A DNA stretch of 64,000 nucleotides from Nitrosopumilus sp. (GCA_963667665.2 OY763927.2:96001-160000); one strand, 5' to 3'; shown: positions 9,596 to 20,237, counted from the stretch's first letter. Numbers and translations: made by a program. Notes: generated from the sequence alone by a model not told the origin.

Positions 9596-10696
9596 TTAGA
9601 TTCTAACTTTTAGTGATACTACAAAAGCAACCACAATAATTGCAATTGCAAAATACATGACTGCAATATAATCAAATGCAAATGCGATACTTCCTGCAAT
9701 TATAGGACCAATTACTGTGGCAATTGATAATGTAGAACTAAAAATCCCAGTTGATGTAGAGCGTGGGTTGTTCTCCATAAGATGAAAGTTTCCTCCAATG
9801 AATAAAAATGCCCAAGTTGCTCCAACAATCGCCATAAATGGCATTGCCATCCACCAATCTGTAATTACTGCTAGTCCTACAAATACAAATACAGTACACC
9901 CAATTCCAATTTTGAATTTAGTTATATTAGAAATATTAATTCTGCTTGCCATCAAATTCATCAAGACAAATGCAGTCAATGTATTTGCAACATAGATGAT
10001 TGATATTTGATAAAGTTCAGCACCTAATTTCTCTATTAACATTAATGGAAAAATAGTCCATACAGCTGCTCCTCCAATATGTCTTAATAATAATGATAAG
10101 AATAGAAACTTGTTTTTTAGAATAATTTTTTTTGTAGTTCCTGGTTCTAGCTCTTTTTCTTGTGATATATTTGGTAATTTTATTGTAAACATTAATCCAA
10201 TTAGAAATGAAGCTGCACTAATTATGAAAATTAATTTTAGATCATTTGCAAATCCCGCAGCAGCAATTCCTGCAAGCCATCCTAATGCATGAAATGAAAT
10301 TATTGTTGCTGCTCTTTTTCTCTCGACATTTATCTCATATGCATAAGCAATCATTGCAGGAATCATTATTCCAGTTGCAATTCCCGCAATTATTCTTGCC
10401 AGAAATAAAAGAGTAATGTCATCTGCAAAATAATGCAATCCAAAGGCTGCAGCACACCCAATGAAGCCAATTCTGATAAATTTGAGCCTAGTTCCCTTCT
10501 TATCTGAATGTCTGCCAAAATAGATTTCAGATAAAATCTGAGCAAAACTAAATGAGGCTACAATAAGCCCAATCTCAAGAATAGAATCTGTAACACCTTT
10601 TGCAATAATGGGCATGAATACAAAGACAATAGCTATTCCAGCATGCTGAAAAAAGGTTGCACTACGAACTCGATTATTTACTTGAAAATTTTGCAT
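9596..10696 (-). CDS. MFS transporter
   Basis: About 12 hydrophobic segments, GRHSDKKG motif-A-like loop. Confidence 0.85.
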   Translation of the reverse strand: MQNFQVNNRVRSATFFQHAGIAIVFVFMPIIAKGVTDSILEIGLIVASFSFAQILSEIYFGRHSDKKGTRLKFIRIGFIGCAAAFGLHYFADDITLLFLARIIAGIATGIMIPAMIAYAYEINVERKRAATIISFHALGWLAGIAAAGFANDLKLIFIISAASFLIGLMFTIKLPNISQEKELEPGTTKKIILKNKFLFLSLLLRHIGGAAVWTIFPLMLIEKLGAELYQISIIYVANTLTAFVLMNLMASRINISNITKFKIGIGCTVFVFVGLAVITDWWMAMPFMAIVGATWAFLFIGGNFHLMENNPRSTSTGIFSSTLSIATVIGPIIAGSIAFAFDYIAVMYFAIAIIVVAFVVSLKVRI

Positions 10697-10785
10697 AAAT
10701 GTACATGTAATTCATCTTTTACCTAATTTCAACATACGTATCAATCACCTCAATGTTTGTGGATTTTTCTGAAAAGAGTTAAACT

Positions 10786-11772
10786 GTGCAAGAACATTTT
10801 GAAATTAAGTTGACAGAAAAAGAACTGTTTTTAGATGCATTACAAAATAGAATTTTACTTTTTGATGGTGCAATGGGAACTGAGATTCAAAGGCATGATC
10901 CAAAACCAGAAGATTTTCCAAACAATCAAGATGGTTTTAATGATGGTTTAATTATAACGCATCCAGAATGGATTAAAGAAATTCACAGAAATTATTTAGA
11001 TGCAGGAGCTGATTGTATTGAAACAAATTCTTTTGGTTCAAATAAAATTAAACTAGATGAATATGGTTTTGGTGATCAAACAATTGAATTTAATAAAAAA
11101 ATTGCACAACTAGCATCTGAAGTTTGTGAAGAATATTCAGATACCACTCGATATGTAATTGGTTCTATGGGTCCGACAGGTTTTCTTCCTAGTTCAAATG
11201 ATCCTGACTTGGGGCAAAAACCACTTGATGAAATCAGAGAAGCATTTGAGCTACAAGCAGAAGGCCTAATTCTTGGAGGTGTTGATGCTTTACTCATTGA
11301 AACAAGTCAGGATATCTTGGAAGTGAAATTAATTATTGAGGCATGTCATAATGCCATAGAAAAGACTGGTAAGAAAGTTCCAATCATTTCTAATACTACT
11401 TTGGATCAATATGGAAAAATGCTACTTGGAACAAATATCCAATCTGCATACACTACTGTTTCTGATATGGGAATTGATGTTTTTGGATTGAATTGTTCAA
11501 CTGGTCCAATTGAGATGAATCCAAGTATCAGGTGGCTTGATGAGCAAAATGAACACAGCATATTGGTAGTACCAAATGCTGGAATGCCTGAAAATCAAGG
11601 AGGAAAAGCAGTTTACAAAATGACTCCTGAAAAGATGGGTGATGCGTTAGGTGATTTTCTTAATCAATACAAAAAGGTACGAATCATTGGAGGTTGCTGT
11701 GGAACAAATCCTGAACACATCAAGGTTCTAAGAAAAGTAATTGACGAAAAAGCCAATTCTCTCAAGGGTTAG
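10786..11772 (+). CDS. metH: Cobalamin-dependent methionine synthase, homocysteine-binding module (split MetH; true start possibly TTG 10810)
   Basis: FDGAMGT, GLNCSTGP, PNAG, GGCCGT Zn ligands. Confidence 0.93.
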   Translation: MQEHFEIKLTEKELFLDALQNRILLFDGAMGTEIQRHDPKPEDFPNNQDGFNDGLIITHPEWIKEIHRNYLDAGADCIETNSFGSNKIKLDEYGFGDQTIEFNKKIAQLASEVCEEYSDTTRYVIGSMGPTGFLPSSNDPDLGQKPLDEIREAFELQAEGLILGGVDALLIETSQDILEVKLIIEACHNAIEKTGKKVPIISNTTLDQYGKMLLGTNIQSAYTTVSDMGIDVFGLNCSTGPIEMNPSIRWLDEQNEHSILVVPNAGMPENQGGKAVYKMTPEKMGDALGDFLNQYKKVRIIGGCCGTNPEHIKVLRKVIDEKANSLKG

Positions 11773-11804
11773 GTATTTAGAAAAACTGAGGTGATTTTAC
11801 AATA

Positions 11805-14303
11805 TTGACTATTCCTAGAGTAAGTTCTGCACTAAAAGCAGTTGATCTAAAACAACTTCCAACTCCTTTAATCATTGGAGAGCGAATTAATACACAAGGT
11901 TCTCGTAAAGCAAAGAAGCTAGTTCTTGCTGATGATTATGATGGTTTGATTGATTTGGCAAGAATTCAGGTTGAAAATGGTGCTCATTGTCTTGATGTTT
12001 GTGTTGCAACCACTGAACGTTCTGATGAAAAAGAGTTTATGTTAAATCTTGTAAAAAGATTAAGTTTAGAAATTGATGCACCACTTGTAATTGATTCAAC
12101 TGATCCTGAAGTTGTTGAAGCATCAATAAAACAAATTCCTGGAAAGCCAATTATTAATTCAATAAATCTTGAAGGTGATGGTAGTAGATTTGAAAAGTTA
12201 GCACCATTAATGGCAAAGTACGGATTACCTTCTATTGCATTGTGCATTGGTCCAAATGGTATGGCCAAAACTCCACAACAAAAAGTAGAAACTGCTGAAC
12301 TTCTTTATGAAACTGGAAAAAAATATGGATTAAAAATTGAACAATTCATTTTTGATGTTCTAACATTTACTTTAGCTACAGGTGAAGATGAATTTCTTGA
12401 TGCAGGAAAAAATACTCTAGAGGGAATTCGTCTTGTTAAAGAAAAATTTCCAAACTCATTTACCACATTGGGTCTAAGTAACATCAGCTTTGGTCTTGCT
12501 TCATATGCAAGAAAAATTATCAATTCAGTGTTTCTGTATCATGCACTAAAATCTGGACTTGATACAGTTATTGTAAATGCTAAAGAGATTATTCCTTATG
12601 GTGAAATTAGTGAGAAAGAACGAAAACTTGCTGAAGATTTAATTTTTAACACTCATCCAAATGCATTATCTGAATTAATCACCCATTTTGAAAATGTAGG
12701 TTCTCAAAGTACCACTGCTGTCAAGCGAGTTGATGTTGATCCTTCTTGGCCTCCAGGAAAACGTGCTTACTTTAGAATTTTACACAGACTCAAAAATGGA
12801 ATTCAAAATGATGTTGTCTCTGCAATCGCAGACAAGCTAGGTAAAACTGAACTAATCAAAGAAAATGATGGAATTCTATCTTTGGATGCTACTCAAGAAA
12901 TTACACATGATGGTGCAATTAGAACCCTCAATGAAGATTTACTTCCTGCAATGAAAGAGGTCGGCGACAAATTTGGTGCAGGAGAATTGATCTTGCCATT
13001 TGTTCTCAAATCAGCTGAGTGTATGAAAGCAGCAGTTGATGAACTTGAAAAATATTTACTTAAAAAAGAGGGAGCAAGTAAAGGCAAACTTGTTTTGGGA
13101 ACAGTTTATGGCGATGTACATGACATTGGAAAAAATCTGGTAAAGACAATCTTTCAAAATAATGGTTATACTGTCTATGATTTAGGTAAACAAGTTCCAT
13201 TACAAAAATTCTTAGATAAAATTGATGAAGTCAATCCTGATGCTATAGGTTTGTCTGCATTGTTGGTTTCGACATCAAAGCAGATGCAGTTTTTTGTAGA
13301 ACATGCAAGAAAAAATAAAATGAATCTTCCAATTTTATGTGGAGGTGCTGCAATTAACACTAACTACATTAATAGAATTGCAAAAATTGATGGAATCTAC
13401 GAACCTGGTGTATTTTATTGTAATACCATGTTTGAAGGACTCAAAACAATGGATGTTTTAGTTTCAGATGAAAAATCAAAACTTTTGGCTACATGGAAAG
13501 AAAAAATGGAAAACTGGAAAGAAAAATCTACTGTTACAGTAGATTCTGCAAACCTTCCAAAGAGTAACATTAAGCCAGTTAAATCTCCAGTTCCTAAAAG
13601 TATTGGAGAACCAATTCGTCTAAAGACTGATCAAATCAAGATGGATGAAGTTTGGCAGATGATTGACAAAAAATCATTATTCAAACTATCCTGGGGTCTT
13701 AGGGGAAAAGCAGGTTCTGAATCAGAGGAAGAGCATGAAGATTTGTTAAACCAATGGAAGATTCGAATTATTCGAGAAAAGCTCTTTGAACCAGAGATTG
13801 TCTATGGATATTTTAGATGTCACAATAAAGATAAAAAATTAATTGTTGAAAATCCTTCAGGTGGTAGTGTAGAATTTGATTTTCCACGTTCTACAAAACA
13901 AGACCATCTCTGTTTGACTGATTATTTTGGTGAAGATGATATTGTTGCATTCCAATCAGTCACTGTGGGTAACAAAGTCGTAGAAATGATAGAACAATGG
14001 AATAAAGAAGACAAGTATACTGATGCTTACTATTTGCATGGATTAGCAGTTGAAGTGGCAGAAGCCTTGGCAGAATGGATTAATCAAAAAATTAAATCTG
14101 AACTGAACCTTGAACAAGGCGGACTTAGATACAGTTGGGGTTTTCCTAGTTGTCCAGACGTATCACAACATCATTTAGTTTGGAAACTTTTGCAACCAGA
14201 AAAATCTGGAATGGCGCTAACTGAATCCGGTCAGATTATTCCTGAACAATCAACTGCAGCAATTGTTGTTCATCATCCAAAAGCAAAATACTTTGTACTT
14301 TAA
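11805..14303 (+). CDS. metH: Methionine synthase pterin-binding + B12-binding + reactivation modules (split MetH)
   Basis: IIGERIN, INSINLE, GDVHDIGKNLV, RYSWGFPSCPD. Confidence 0.95.
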   Translation: MTIPRVSSALKAVDLKQLPTPLIIGERINTQGSRKAKKLVLADDYDGLIDLARIQVENGAHCLDVCVATTERSDEKEFMLNLVKRLSLEIDAPLVIDSTDPEVVEASIKQIPGKPIINSINLEGDGSRFEKLAPLMAKYGLPSIALCIGPNGMAKTPQQKVETAELLYETGKKYGLKIEQFIFDVLTFTLATGEDEFLDAGKNTLEGIRLVKEKFPNSFTTLGLSNISFGLASYARKIINSVFLYHALKSGLDTVIVNAKEIIPYGEISEKERKLAEDLIFNTHPNALSELITHFENVGSQSTTAVKRVDVDPSWPPGKRAYFRILHRLKNGIQNDVVSAIADKLGKTELIKENDGILSLDATQEITHDGAIRTLNEDLLPAMKEVGDKFGAGELILPFVLKSAECMKAAVDELEKYLLKKEGASKGKLVLGTVYGDVHDIGKNLVKTIFQNNGYTVYDLGKQVPLQKFLDKIDEVNPDAIGLSALLVSTSKQMQFFVEHARKNKMNLPILCGGAAINTNYINRIAKIDGIYEPGVFYCNTMFEGLKTMDVLVSDEKSKLLATWKEKMENWKEKSTVTVDSANLPKSNIKPVKSPVPKSIGEPIRLKTDQIKMDEVWQMIDKKSLFKLSWGLRGKAGSESEEEHEDLLNQWKIRIIREKLFEPEIVYGYFRCHNKDKKLIVENPSGGSVEFDFPRSTKQDHLCLTDYFGEDDIVAFQSVTVGNKVVEMIEQWNKEDKYTDAYYLHGLAVEVAEALAEWINQKIKSELNLEQGGLRYSWGFPSCPDVSQHHLVWKLLQPEKSGMALTESGQIIPEQSTAAIVVHHPKAKYFVL

Positions 14304-15037
14304 CTCAATGATTTTTCTAAAAATTCATTCAAGCCATTAAAATCATTGGGTGATGTAATCAACACATCACCTGTAATTTTATGTGCATTTTTTACAAATT
14401 CTTCAAATACTTGGCTGTATGATGCTAATTCTAAATTCAAAAATTTGGCAGATTTTTCATTTTTTTCAGAAGGGAATAATATAATTGGAATTACTGAAAA
14501 TCCTTTTAGATTGTCAAAGAGATTTTGAACTTGTTGTATATTTTGAACTACTTGTGTCATGAATCCTTTAGGATTTGCTTCTAATTTTTTTGTAATTTTA
14601 GAAAAATTAGGTTCATTTGAAATTGAGAGATACAAATCAATTTTTGAATCTATACCTTGCTCTTTTAGTCTCTTTACAGTTGCACTTGGAATCTGACCAG
14701 AATCTGGTTTTCCAGTTTGTGATGGATCACCCATAAGTACCAAAATTCCTGAAAAACCTATGGTGATACAATTCTCTACAAACTCAGAAATCTCTTTTTC
14801 ACTCTTGTCTCTAACTCTTAGACTAACTGTAATTGGCATCTGTGGAATTTCTTTTTTAATAATTCTTCCAACTTCTATAGGTGATACTCTTTGATATCCT
14901 AAAACATTTTCAGTAAGATGTATTGCGTTACATTTTTCTGAAATATTTTTTATTTTTTTAATAAATTTTAAAATTGATTCATTTGTATCTACATTAGGTA
15001 AAATCTTTGGTGGATTAGCTTCATATCTGATTGTCAT
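14300..15037 (-). CDS. metF: Methylenetetrahydrofolate reductase-like protein (start moved to ATG 15037)
   Basis: YEANPPK, LRVRD, LMGDP, FMTQ motifs; adjacent to metH; the ORF-track extension overlaps the divergent Nudix gene. Confidence 0.75.
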   Translation of the reverse strand: MTIRYEANPPKILPNVDTNESILKFIKKIKNISEKCNAIHLTENVLGYQRVSPIEVGRIIKKEIPQMPITVSLRVRDKSEKEISEFVENCITIGFSGILVLMGDPSQTGKPDSGQIPSATVKRLKEQGIDSKIDLYLSISNEPNFSKITKKLEANPKGFMTQVVQNIQQVQNLFDNLKGFSVIPIILFPSEKNEKSAKFLNLELASYSQVFEEFVKNAHKITGDVLITSPNDFNGLNEFLEKSLS

Positions 15038-15111
15038 ATTGTCATTTTTTCTATCCTTGGTTAAAACCTTTGAATACCAAAACCCATGTGTAATAGTAGG
15101 AAAAAAACAAG

Positions 15112-15660
15112 ATGTTCTTAGATGAATTAAAATCAATATTTTCAAGTCCCATAAATCCTATGATAAAAACTGATGGAGAATTCAGATTGGCATCAGTACT
15201 TGTAGTAATTTATGGTAAAGAACCAATTGTTGTAATGACTGAAAAACCTAAACATATGAAATTTCATGCAGGTGAAATTTCATTTCCTGGTGGAAAATTA
15301 GATGTAAATGATTCAGATCTTTTACAAACAGCATTACGTGAAACTAGTGAAGAAATTGGACTTACAATTTCTAGAGAACAAGTAATTGGTCAACTAGAAC
15401 CTGTTGTTACTTTGAATTCTGGTTTTATGATTTTACCCTTTATCTCAATTATTGATAAAATTCCAACACTTGCTGCAAACTCTGAAGTTGAAAAAATTTT
15501 TCATATTCCACTAGAACCATTTTTAAAAACAATGGCAAATGATCCAGATCCATCTCATAATCTAATTAAAGCAATGTATACTTTTGAGTATCAAAACCAA
15601 ATAGTGTGGGGTGCTTCAGCAAGAATCCTAAAACAAATTAAAAATCTCACAAAATCCTGA
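15112..15660 (+). CDS. Nudix hydrolase, CoA-pyrophosphatase type
   Basis: HAGEISFPGG...ALRETSEEIG Nudix box, VWGASA. Confidence 0.9.
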   Translation: MFLDELKSIFSSPINPMIKTDGEFRLASVLVVIYGKEPIVVMTEKPKHMKFHAGEISFPGGKLDVNDSDLLQTALRETSEEIGLTISREQVIGQLEPVVTLNSGFMILPFISIIDKIPTLAANSEVEKIFHIPLEPFLKTMANDPDPSHNLIKAMYTFEYQNQIVWGASARILKQIKNLTKS

Positions 15661-15697
15661 GATTCATTTAAAAAGAGCTCTCCGTGCCTGAAATTCT

Positions 15698-15856
15698 ATG
15701 GCTGCACGTAAGTCCTCTCCAAGAAAAATTCGTCTGTTAAAAAAGACAAGACAGGCAGTACCAGTTCCAGCTTGGATAATTCTCAAAACAAAGCGAGCAG
15801 TTAGAACAAATCCAAAGCGTAGAGCTTGGAGATCAACTGATGTGGAGGTAGGATAG
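15698..15856 (+). CDS. rpl39e: 50S ribosomal protein L39e (52 aa; missing from ORF track)
   Basis: MAARKSSPRKIRLLKKTRQAVPVPAWIILKTKRAVRTNPKRRAWRSTDVEVG; directly precedes L31e. Confidence 0.95.
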   Translation: MAARKSSPRKIRLLKKTRQAVPVPAWIILKTKRAVRTNPKRRAWRSTDVEVG

Positions 15857-16465
15857 ATGTCTCAAGAATTAGAAAGAGTCTATACAATTAATCTAGGTAA
15901 AGTTTTACTTTCACAATCACAACATAGAGCTGTTAGAGCAATTAACATGATTAGAGAATTTGCTCGTCATCACATGAAAGTTGAGACAATCAAAATTGAA
16001 GAAGAACTGGCTCATCAAATTTGGGCAAGGGGAGTTCGAAGTCCTCCAAGAAAAGTTAGAGTTAGAATGACTAAAACTGAAGATGGATATATCCTTGTTT
16101 CTCAATATGTTGAAGAAGAATCTAAAGTAACTCCTGAAAAAGAAACTAAGAAAGTTGAAGACAAAGTAGAAACACCAACTACAGAAACTAAGAAAGAAGC
16201 TCCAAAGAAAGAAGCTCCAAAGAAAGAAGCTCCAAAGAAAGAAGCTCCAAAGAAAGAAGCTCCAAAGAAAGAAGCTCCAAAGAAAGAAGCTCCAAAGAAA
16301 GAAGCTCCAAAGAAAGAAGCTCCAAAGAAAGAAGCTCCAAAGAAAGAAGCTCCAAAGAAAGAAGCTCCAAAGAAAGAAGCTCCAAAGAAAGAAGCTCCAA
16401 AGAAAGAAGCTCCAAAGAAAGAAGCTCCAAAGAAAGAAGCTCCAAAGAAAGAAGCTAAAAAATAA
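15857..16465 (+). CDS. rpl31e: 50S ribosomal protein L31e with long KKEAP-repeat tail
   Basis: ERVYTINL, RAVRAI, IWARG..PP; follows L39e. Confidence 0.95.
   Translation: MSQELERVYTINLGKVLLSQSQHRAVRAINMIREFARHHMKVETIKIEEELAHQIWARGVRSPPRKVRVRMTKTEDGYILVSQYVEEESKVTPEKETKKVEDKVETPTTETKKEAPKKEAPKKEAPKKEAPKKEAPKKEAPKKEAPKKEAPKKEAPKKEAPKKEAPKKEAPKKEAPKKEAPKKEAPKKEAPKKEAPKKEAKK
16190..16456 (+). repeat. Perfect tandem repeat AAGAAAGAAGCTCCA x17 plus 12-bp partial (KKEAP)
   Basis: Four identical 60-nt lines 16201-16440. Confidence 0.98.
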
Positions 16466-16500
16466 TTACTTTGAAAAAATTATAGTTTTAAAAAATTATT

Positions 16501-17451
16501 TTATTCTAATTGGTATATGTCTAATTTACAATCGATGCTACAATCTGGCGTAGCCCAATCAAGTGTGTCTTCTTGTGGGATCATTCCAAGTGGATCATAA
16601 TTGTCAAATTTTGTCATTCCTTGAATGGAAGATAACATTACTACTTTAGATTCCTCAGAAGATGATGTCATATCTATTTGTGAATTACTTTCACTTAGAA
16701 TTCCACTTGTAAGATTTGAAATTGAATTTAATACTCCTACAGGAATATTACTTCCTCCAACTACATACAACATTGAACGTTTTATTGCATTTGGTGGAGC
16801 GTTTTCATAGAGCATTTTGAGTGAGTCTCTTAGTGAATCTTCAATATTTTGTCCATCTTTGCTTGTTGTGAGTATGTTTGTCTCAGCAGACATTTCAGAT
16901 GAACTAAGCGATTTAACTACGTGCATAATTGCAGAATTTGCAATATCATAACATGCTTTAGGACTCAAATCTGGATTACTCTCAAGTAATGAGTCATTAT
17001 CAAGTACAATTGTACATTCAGAGTTTTCTCTAACTCTTTTTAGGGATATTCCGGAATTGAAAATTCTATCTTTTTCATACTTGAAAGGCATAATTGCAAA
17101 TGAAATCAATCCTTTGTCTGATTCTTTACACATCTCTGATATTACAGGAGCCATAGCTGAGCCTGCTTTTCCAGCCAAGTTGCTCATCATAACTATTGTA
17201 GAGTAACCTTCAATCTTTGATCTTATTTCATCTGCAACCTTGTAAGTTGAACCTCTGATTAATTGAACAGATGGATTGACGACTGAATCTGTTGAAACGT
17301 GAATAGATGGATTCTCTGATGAGAAATCTTTTGCATCATTACTAATTAAAAGACAATCAGAATTAATGGAATCTTTGGCCTCAACTGCTAATTTTGAGCC
17401 TATTCCCCCTAAACCTATGACTAGAACTGGTTCTTTCATTTGTACACTCAT
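16501..17451 (-). CDS. ftsZ: Divergent thaumarchaeal FtsZ/tubulin-family protein
   Basis: VIGLGGIG, degenerate signature LAGKAGS, MPFKYE, LDND. Confidence 0.8.
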   Translation of the reverse strand: MSVQMKEPVLVIGLGGIGSKLAVEAKDSINSDCLLISNDAKDFSSENPSIHVSTDSVVNPSVQLIRGSTYKVADEIRSKIEGYSTIVMMSNLAGKAGSAMAPVISEMCKESDKGLISFAIMPFKYEKDRIFNSGISLKRVRENSECTIVLDNDSLLESNPDLSPKACYDIANSAIMHVVKSLSSSEMSAETNILTTSKDGQNIEDSLRDSLKMLYENAPPNAIKRSMLYVVGGSNIPVGVLNSISNLTSGILSESNSQIDMTSSSEESKVVMLSSIQGMTKFDNYDPLGMIPQEDTLDWATPDCSIDCKLDIYQLE

Positions 17452-17523
17452 TTCAGATCCTACTCTTTAATTAAATAAAAAACCTTCTTACGTTTTTTTA
17501 ATCAAATTTTAGATCTAAAAAAT

Positions 17524-18792
17524 TTAGCTTGCGATCTTTCCTAGAAGACTGTTTACGGTAACATCTGTAATTTCTACTGTATGGTATTGACCAATGTCTA
17601 CTTCATTTCGGACAAAGACAGGCTTGTATGCAAAATTTCTGCCTTTGATTCCCTCGTTTGTTTTTTCATCAAATAGAACTTTACCTGTCCAACCGATCCA
17701 CTTTTTGTTGTTCTTTATCGATGTTTTGTTGATCTGTTCAAAAATTATCTTACTTCTTCGCTTAACTTCTGCAACATCAATCTGTTCCCATTCAGCAGCT
17801 TCTGTACCTGGTCTTGTACTATACTTTGAAAGATTTACCACATCTGGTCTTACTTCATCAAGTAGATTTACTGTCTTTTGAAAATCTTCTTCAGTTTCTG
17901 AAGGAAATCCAACTATGATATCTGTTGAAATGGTAAAGTCTCCAAATCTTTCTTTTACTTTTTTTACAATTTTTCTAAAAGTACCAACAGTGTGACCTCT
18001 TTTCATATCATGAAGTACTTTGTCACTTCCACTTTGTACTGGAATGTGGAGAAATTTGAAGACTTTGTCATTATCAAAAGATTTTACCAATTCTTCTTTG
18101 ATTCTTGGCATGTACATTGGATTCATCATACCAACTCTAATCATAAAATCATCTGGAATTTCTACAACTGCATTTACTAGTGATGGTAAGTCAGTTCCAA
18201 TATCAAATCCATAACATCCATTATCAGTTGATGTTAACCACACTTCTTTACATCCTTCCTTGATTTCTGTTTGGACTTGTCTGACGATATCTCCTAATCT
18301 ATAACTTGAAAGATCTCCTTTGGATAGTTTGGTCTGACAAAACGTACATTCACTCATACATCCACTCGCAATCTCTACAATTCCGACTACTGGATTTAGT
18401 CTGACCTTTGGAAGTCCTACCTTTGATAAATCCGAGTCTTCTAATGCAATCTGTTTTTTTCCATTTAATGTTGAATCAATCACCTGAAGTGTCATTCCTA
18501 GTGAGTTTGGTCCAAGCAGACTAGCATTTTCTGAAAATTTTTCAACAGTACTCTGTTCTGCTTTAGGAAAGCATCCTGCAACAACTAATGGTTTTGATTT
18601 TAATGATTTTATTCTATGAATCATCTTGTTTGCAGTTGCATCTTTGACTGAGCATGTAACTACAATATTTAGATCAGATTTTGAAGAATTATCAACCAAA
18701 GTATGACCTCCATTTAAAATCAGTCCCGAAATCATCTCTGAATCAGCAAAACTTGCTGAACATCCGTAAGCCTCTACGAAAATCTTTGCCAT
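17524..18792 (-). CDS. MiaB-like tRNA methylthiotransferase (archaeal e-MtaB type)
   Basis: UPF0004 N-terminus (YGC..TCSV..GC), radical SAM CMSECTFC, DIIVGFPSE, C-terminal TRAM. Confidence 0.9.
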   Translation of the reverse strand: MAKIFVEAYGCSASFADSEMISGLILNGGHTLVDNSSKSDLNIVVTCSVKDATANKMIHRIKSLKSKPLVVAGCFPKAEQSTVEKFSENASLLGPNSLGMTLQVIDSTLNGKKQIALEDSDLSKVGLPKVRLNPVVGIVEIASGCMSECTFCQTKLSKGDLSSYRLGDIVRQVQTEIKEGCKEVWLTSTDNGCYGFDIGTDLPSLVNAVVEIPDDFMIRVGMMNPMYMPRIKEELVKSFDNDKVFKFLHIPVQSGSDKVLHDMKRGHTVGTFRKIVKKVKERFGDFTISTDIIVGFPSETEEDFQKTVNLLDEVRPDVVNLSKYSTRPGTEAAEWEQIDVAEVKRRSKIIFEQINKTSIKNNKKWIGWTGKVLFDEKTNEGIKGRNFAYKPVFVRNEVDIGQYHTVEITDVTVNSLLGKIAS

Positions 18793-18795
18793 AAT

Positions 18796-20172
18796 CTACC
18801 CAAATAGAGAATCAATTTCTTTGTTACTCATTAGCTTCTTTGAGACAACTAACTCTCTGATAGTTTTTCCAGTTTTTAGTGATTCTTTGAATAGCTCTGC
18901 AGATTTTAGATATCCTATTTTTGGAGTTAGCAATGTAACAATCACTGGGCTATTTTCAATGTCTTTACGTAACTTGTTTTTGTTTGCACTAAGTCCATCA
19001 ATTAGATTTGCAGAAAATATTGGCAAGAAATTTTTGAGCATATCTGTTGATTCTAGCATACACTTTAGCATTCCAGGTAACATGACATTGAGTTCAAACT
19101 GTCCACTTTGTGCTGCATAAGAAACTGCAGTATCATTTCCAATTATGTTAAAACAAATCATATTCATACATTCAGCTAGAGATGGATTCACCTTTCCAGG
19201 CATGATGGATGAACCTGCATGGACTGCAGGAATTTCAAGTTCTGCTAATCCTGCAATTGGACCTGATGCCATTAGTCTAATATCATTTGAAATCTTTCCG
19301 ATTTCTAGTGCCAAGTTTCGTAAAGAACTTGACATGTTAGAAACTGCAAACTTGCTTTGTAAACCATACTGCATATCTTTTTCAGGTTTTAGTAAAAGTT
19401 TCGAAATTTTTCCAAGTTCAGATATTACAATCTTTCTGTAACCTTTTGGTGTGTTTGCACCAGAACCAACGGCTGTTCCTCCAAGAGCAATATTTTGTAA
19501 TTCTTTCTGTGCTGAGACAATTTCATTTCTTGCTTTGGTAATTGATGTAACGTAAGCTGCAAATTCACTACCAAGCGTTATTGGTAAAGCATCCATTAGA
19601 TGTGTTCTTCCTATTTTTTTAAATGAAGAAAATTGTTTTGCTTTTTTAGATAGTGACTTTATCAAAATATCGATAGCTGGGATTGTATCTTTCAGGTTCA
19701 TCAAAATTGCTACATGCATAGCAGTTGGGTATGCATCATTACTTGATTGTGACATATTGACATGATCATTTGGATGTAAGAATTGGTATTGCCCTTTCTT
19801 TTTGTGAAGTATTTGTAGTGCAACATTTGCTATTACCTCATTAGAATTCATGTTAAATGCAGTACCTGCACCAGAATTTATCATATCTACTACAAATTGA
19901 TCAACATATTTTCCAGACAATATTTTGTCACATGCAGAAACTATGGCTCTTCCGCGCTTTGTATCAATGGCTTTTGTCTTCATGTTAGCTATTGCTGCAG
20001 AACGTTTAATCATAACAAATGACTTTATCAGATTTTCATGGCTTTTGTTTCCTGTAACGTGATACTGTTTGATTGCTCGTCCTGTAAATGCCCCATAATA
20101 TACGTCAGCTGGGATTTTGACTTTACCAAGTGAGTCTTCGTCTAATCTAAATTTCATGTTGACTTTATACAA
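18796..20172 (-). CDS. fumC: Class II fumarase / aspartate ammonia-lyase (likely start 20157)
   Basis: HPNDHVNMSQSSND, GRTHLMDA, GSSIMPGKVNP. Confidence 0.75.
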   Translation of the reverse strand: MYKVNMKFRLDEDSLGKVKIPADVYYGAFTGRAIKQYHVTGNKSHENLIKSFVMIKRSAAIANMKTKAIDTKRGRAIVSACDKILSGKYVDQFVVDMINSGAGTAFNMNSNEVIANVALQILHKKKGQYQFLHPNDHVNMSQSSNDAYPTAMHVAILMNLKDTIPAIDILIKSLSKKAKQFSSFKKIGRTHLMDALPITLGSEFAAYVTSITKARNEIVSAQKELQNIALGGTAVGSGANTPKGYRKIVISELGKISKLLLKPEKDMQYGLQSKFAVSNMSSSLRNLALEIGKISNDIRLMASGPIAGLAELEIPAVHAGSSIMPGKVNPSLAECMNMICFNIIGNDTAVSYAAQSGQFELNVMLPGMLKCMLESTDMLKNFLPIFSANLIDGLSANKNKLRKDIENSPVIVTLLTPKIGYLKSAELFKESLKTGKTIRELVVSKKLMSNKEIDSLFG

Positions 20173-20237
20173 AATTATCTCCTATTATTCATTTTTTTTA
20201 GATGATTTCATATTCTCATAACATGGGGAATGACAAT

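Noticed and set aside
10786-14303. Split metH as a pseudogene or frameshift
   Set aside because: Break falls at a domain boundary and both parts keep catalytic motifs; split MetH is common
15038-15145. N-terminal extension of metF in the ORF track
   Set aside because: Overlaps the divergent Nudix gene and promoter region; homology-like sequence begins at MTIRYE
16188-16445. Minus-strand ELLSL-repeat ORF
   Set aside because: Antisense shadow of the stop-free KKEAP repeat in rpl31e
18796-20172. Fumarase/aspartase gene as the missing argH
   Set aside because: GSSIMPGKVNP and HPNDHVN are FumC/AspA signatures, not the ArgH SSxMPQKKNP type
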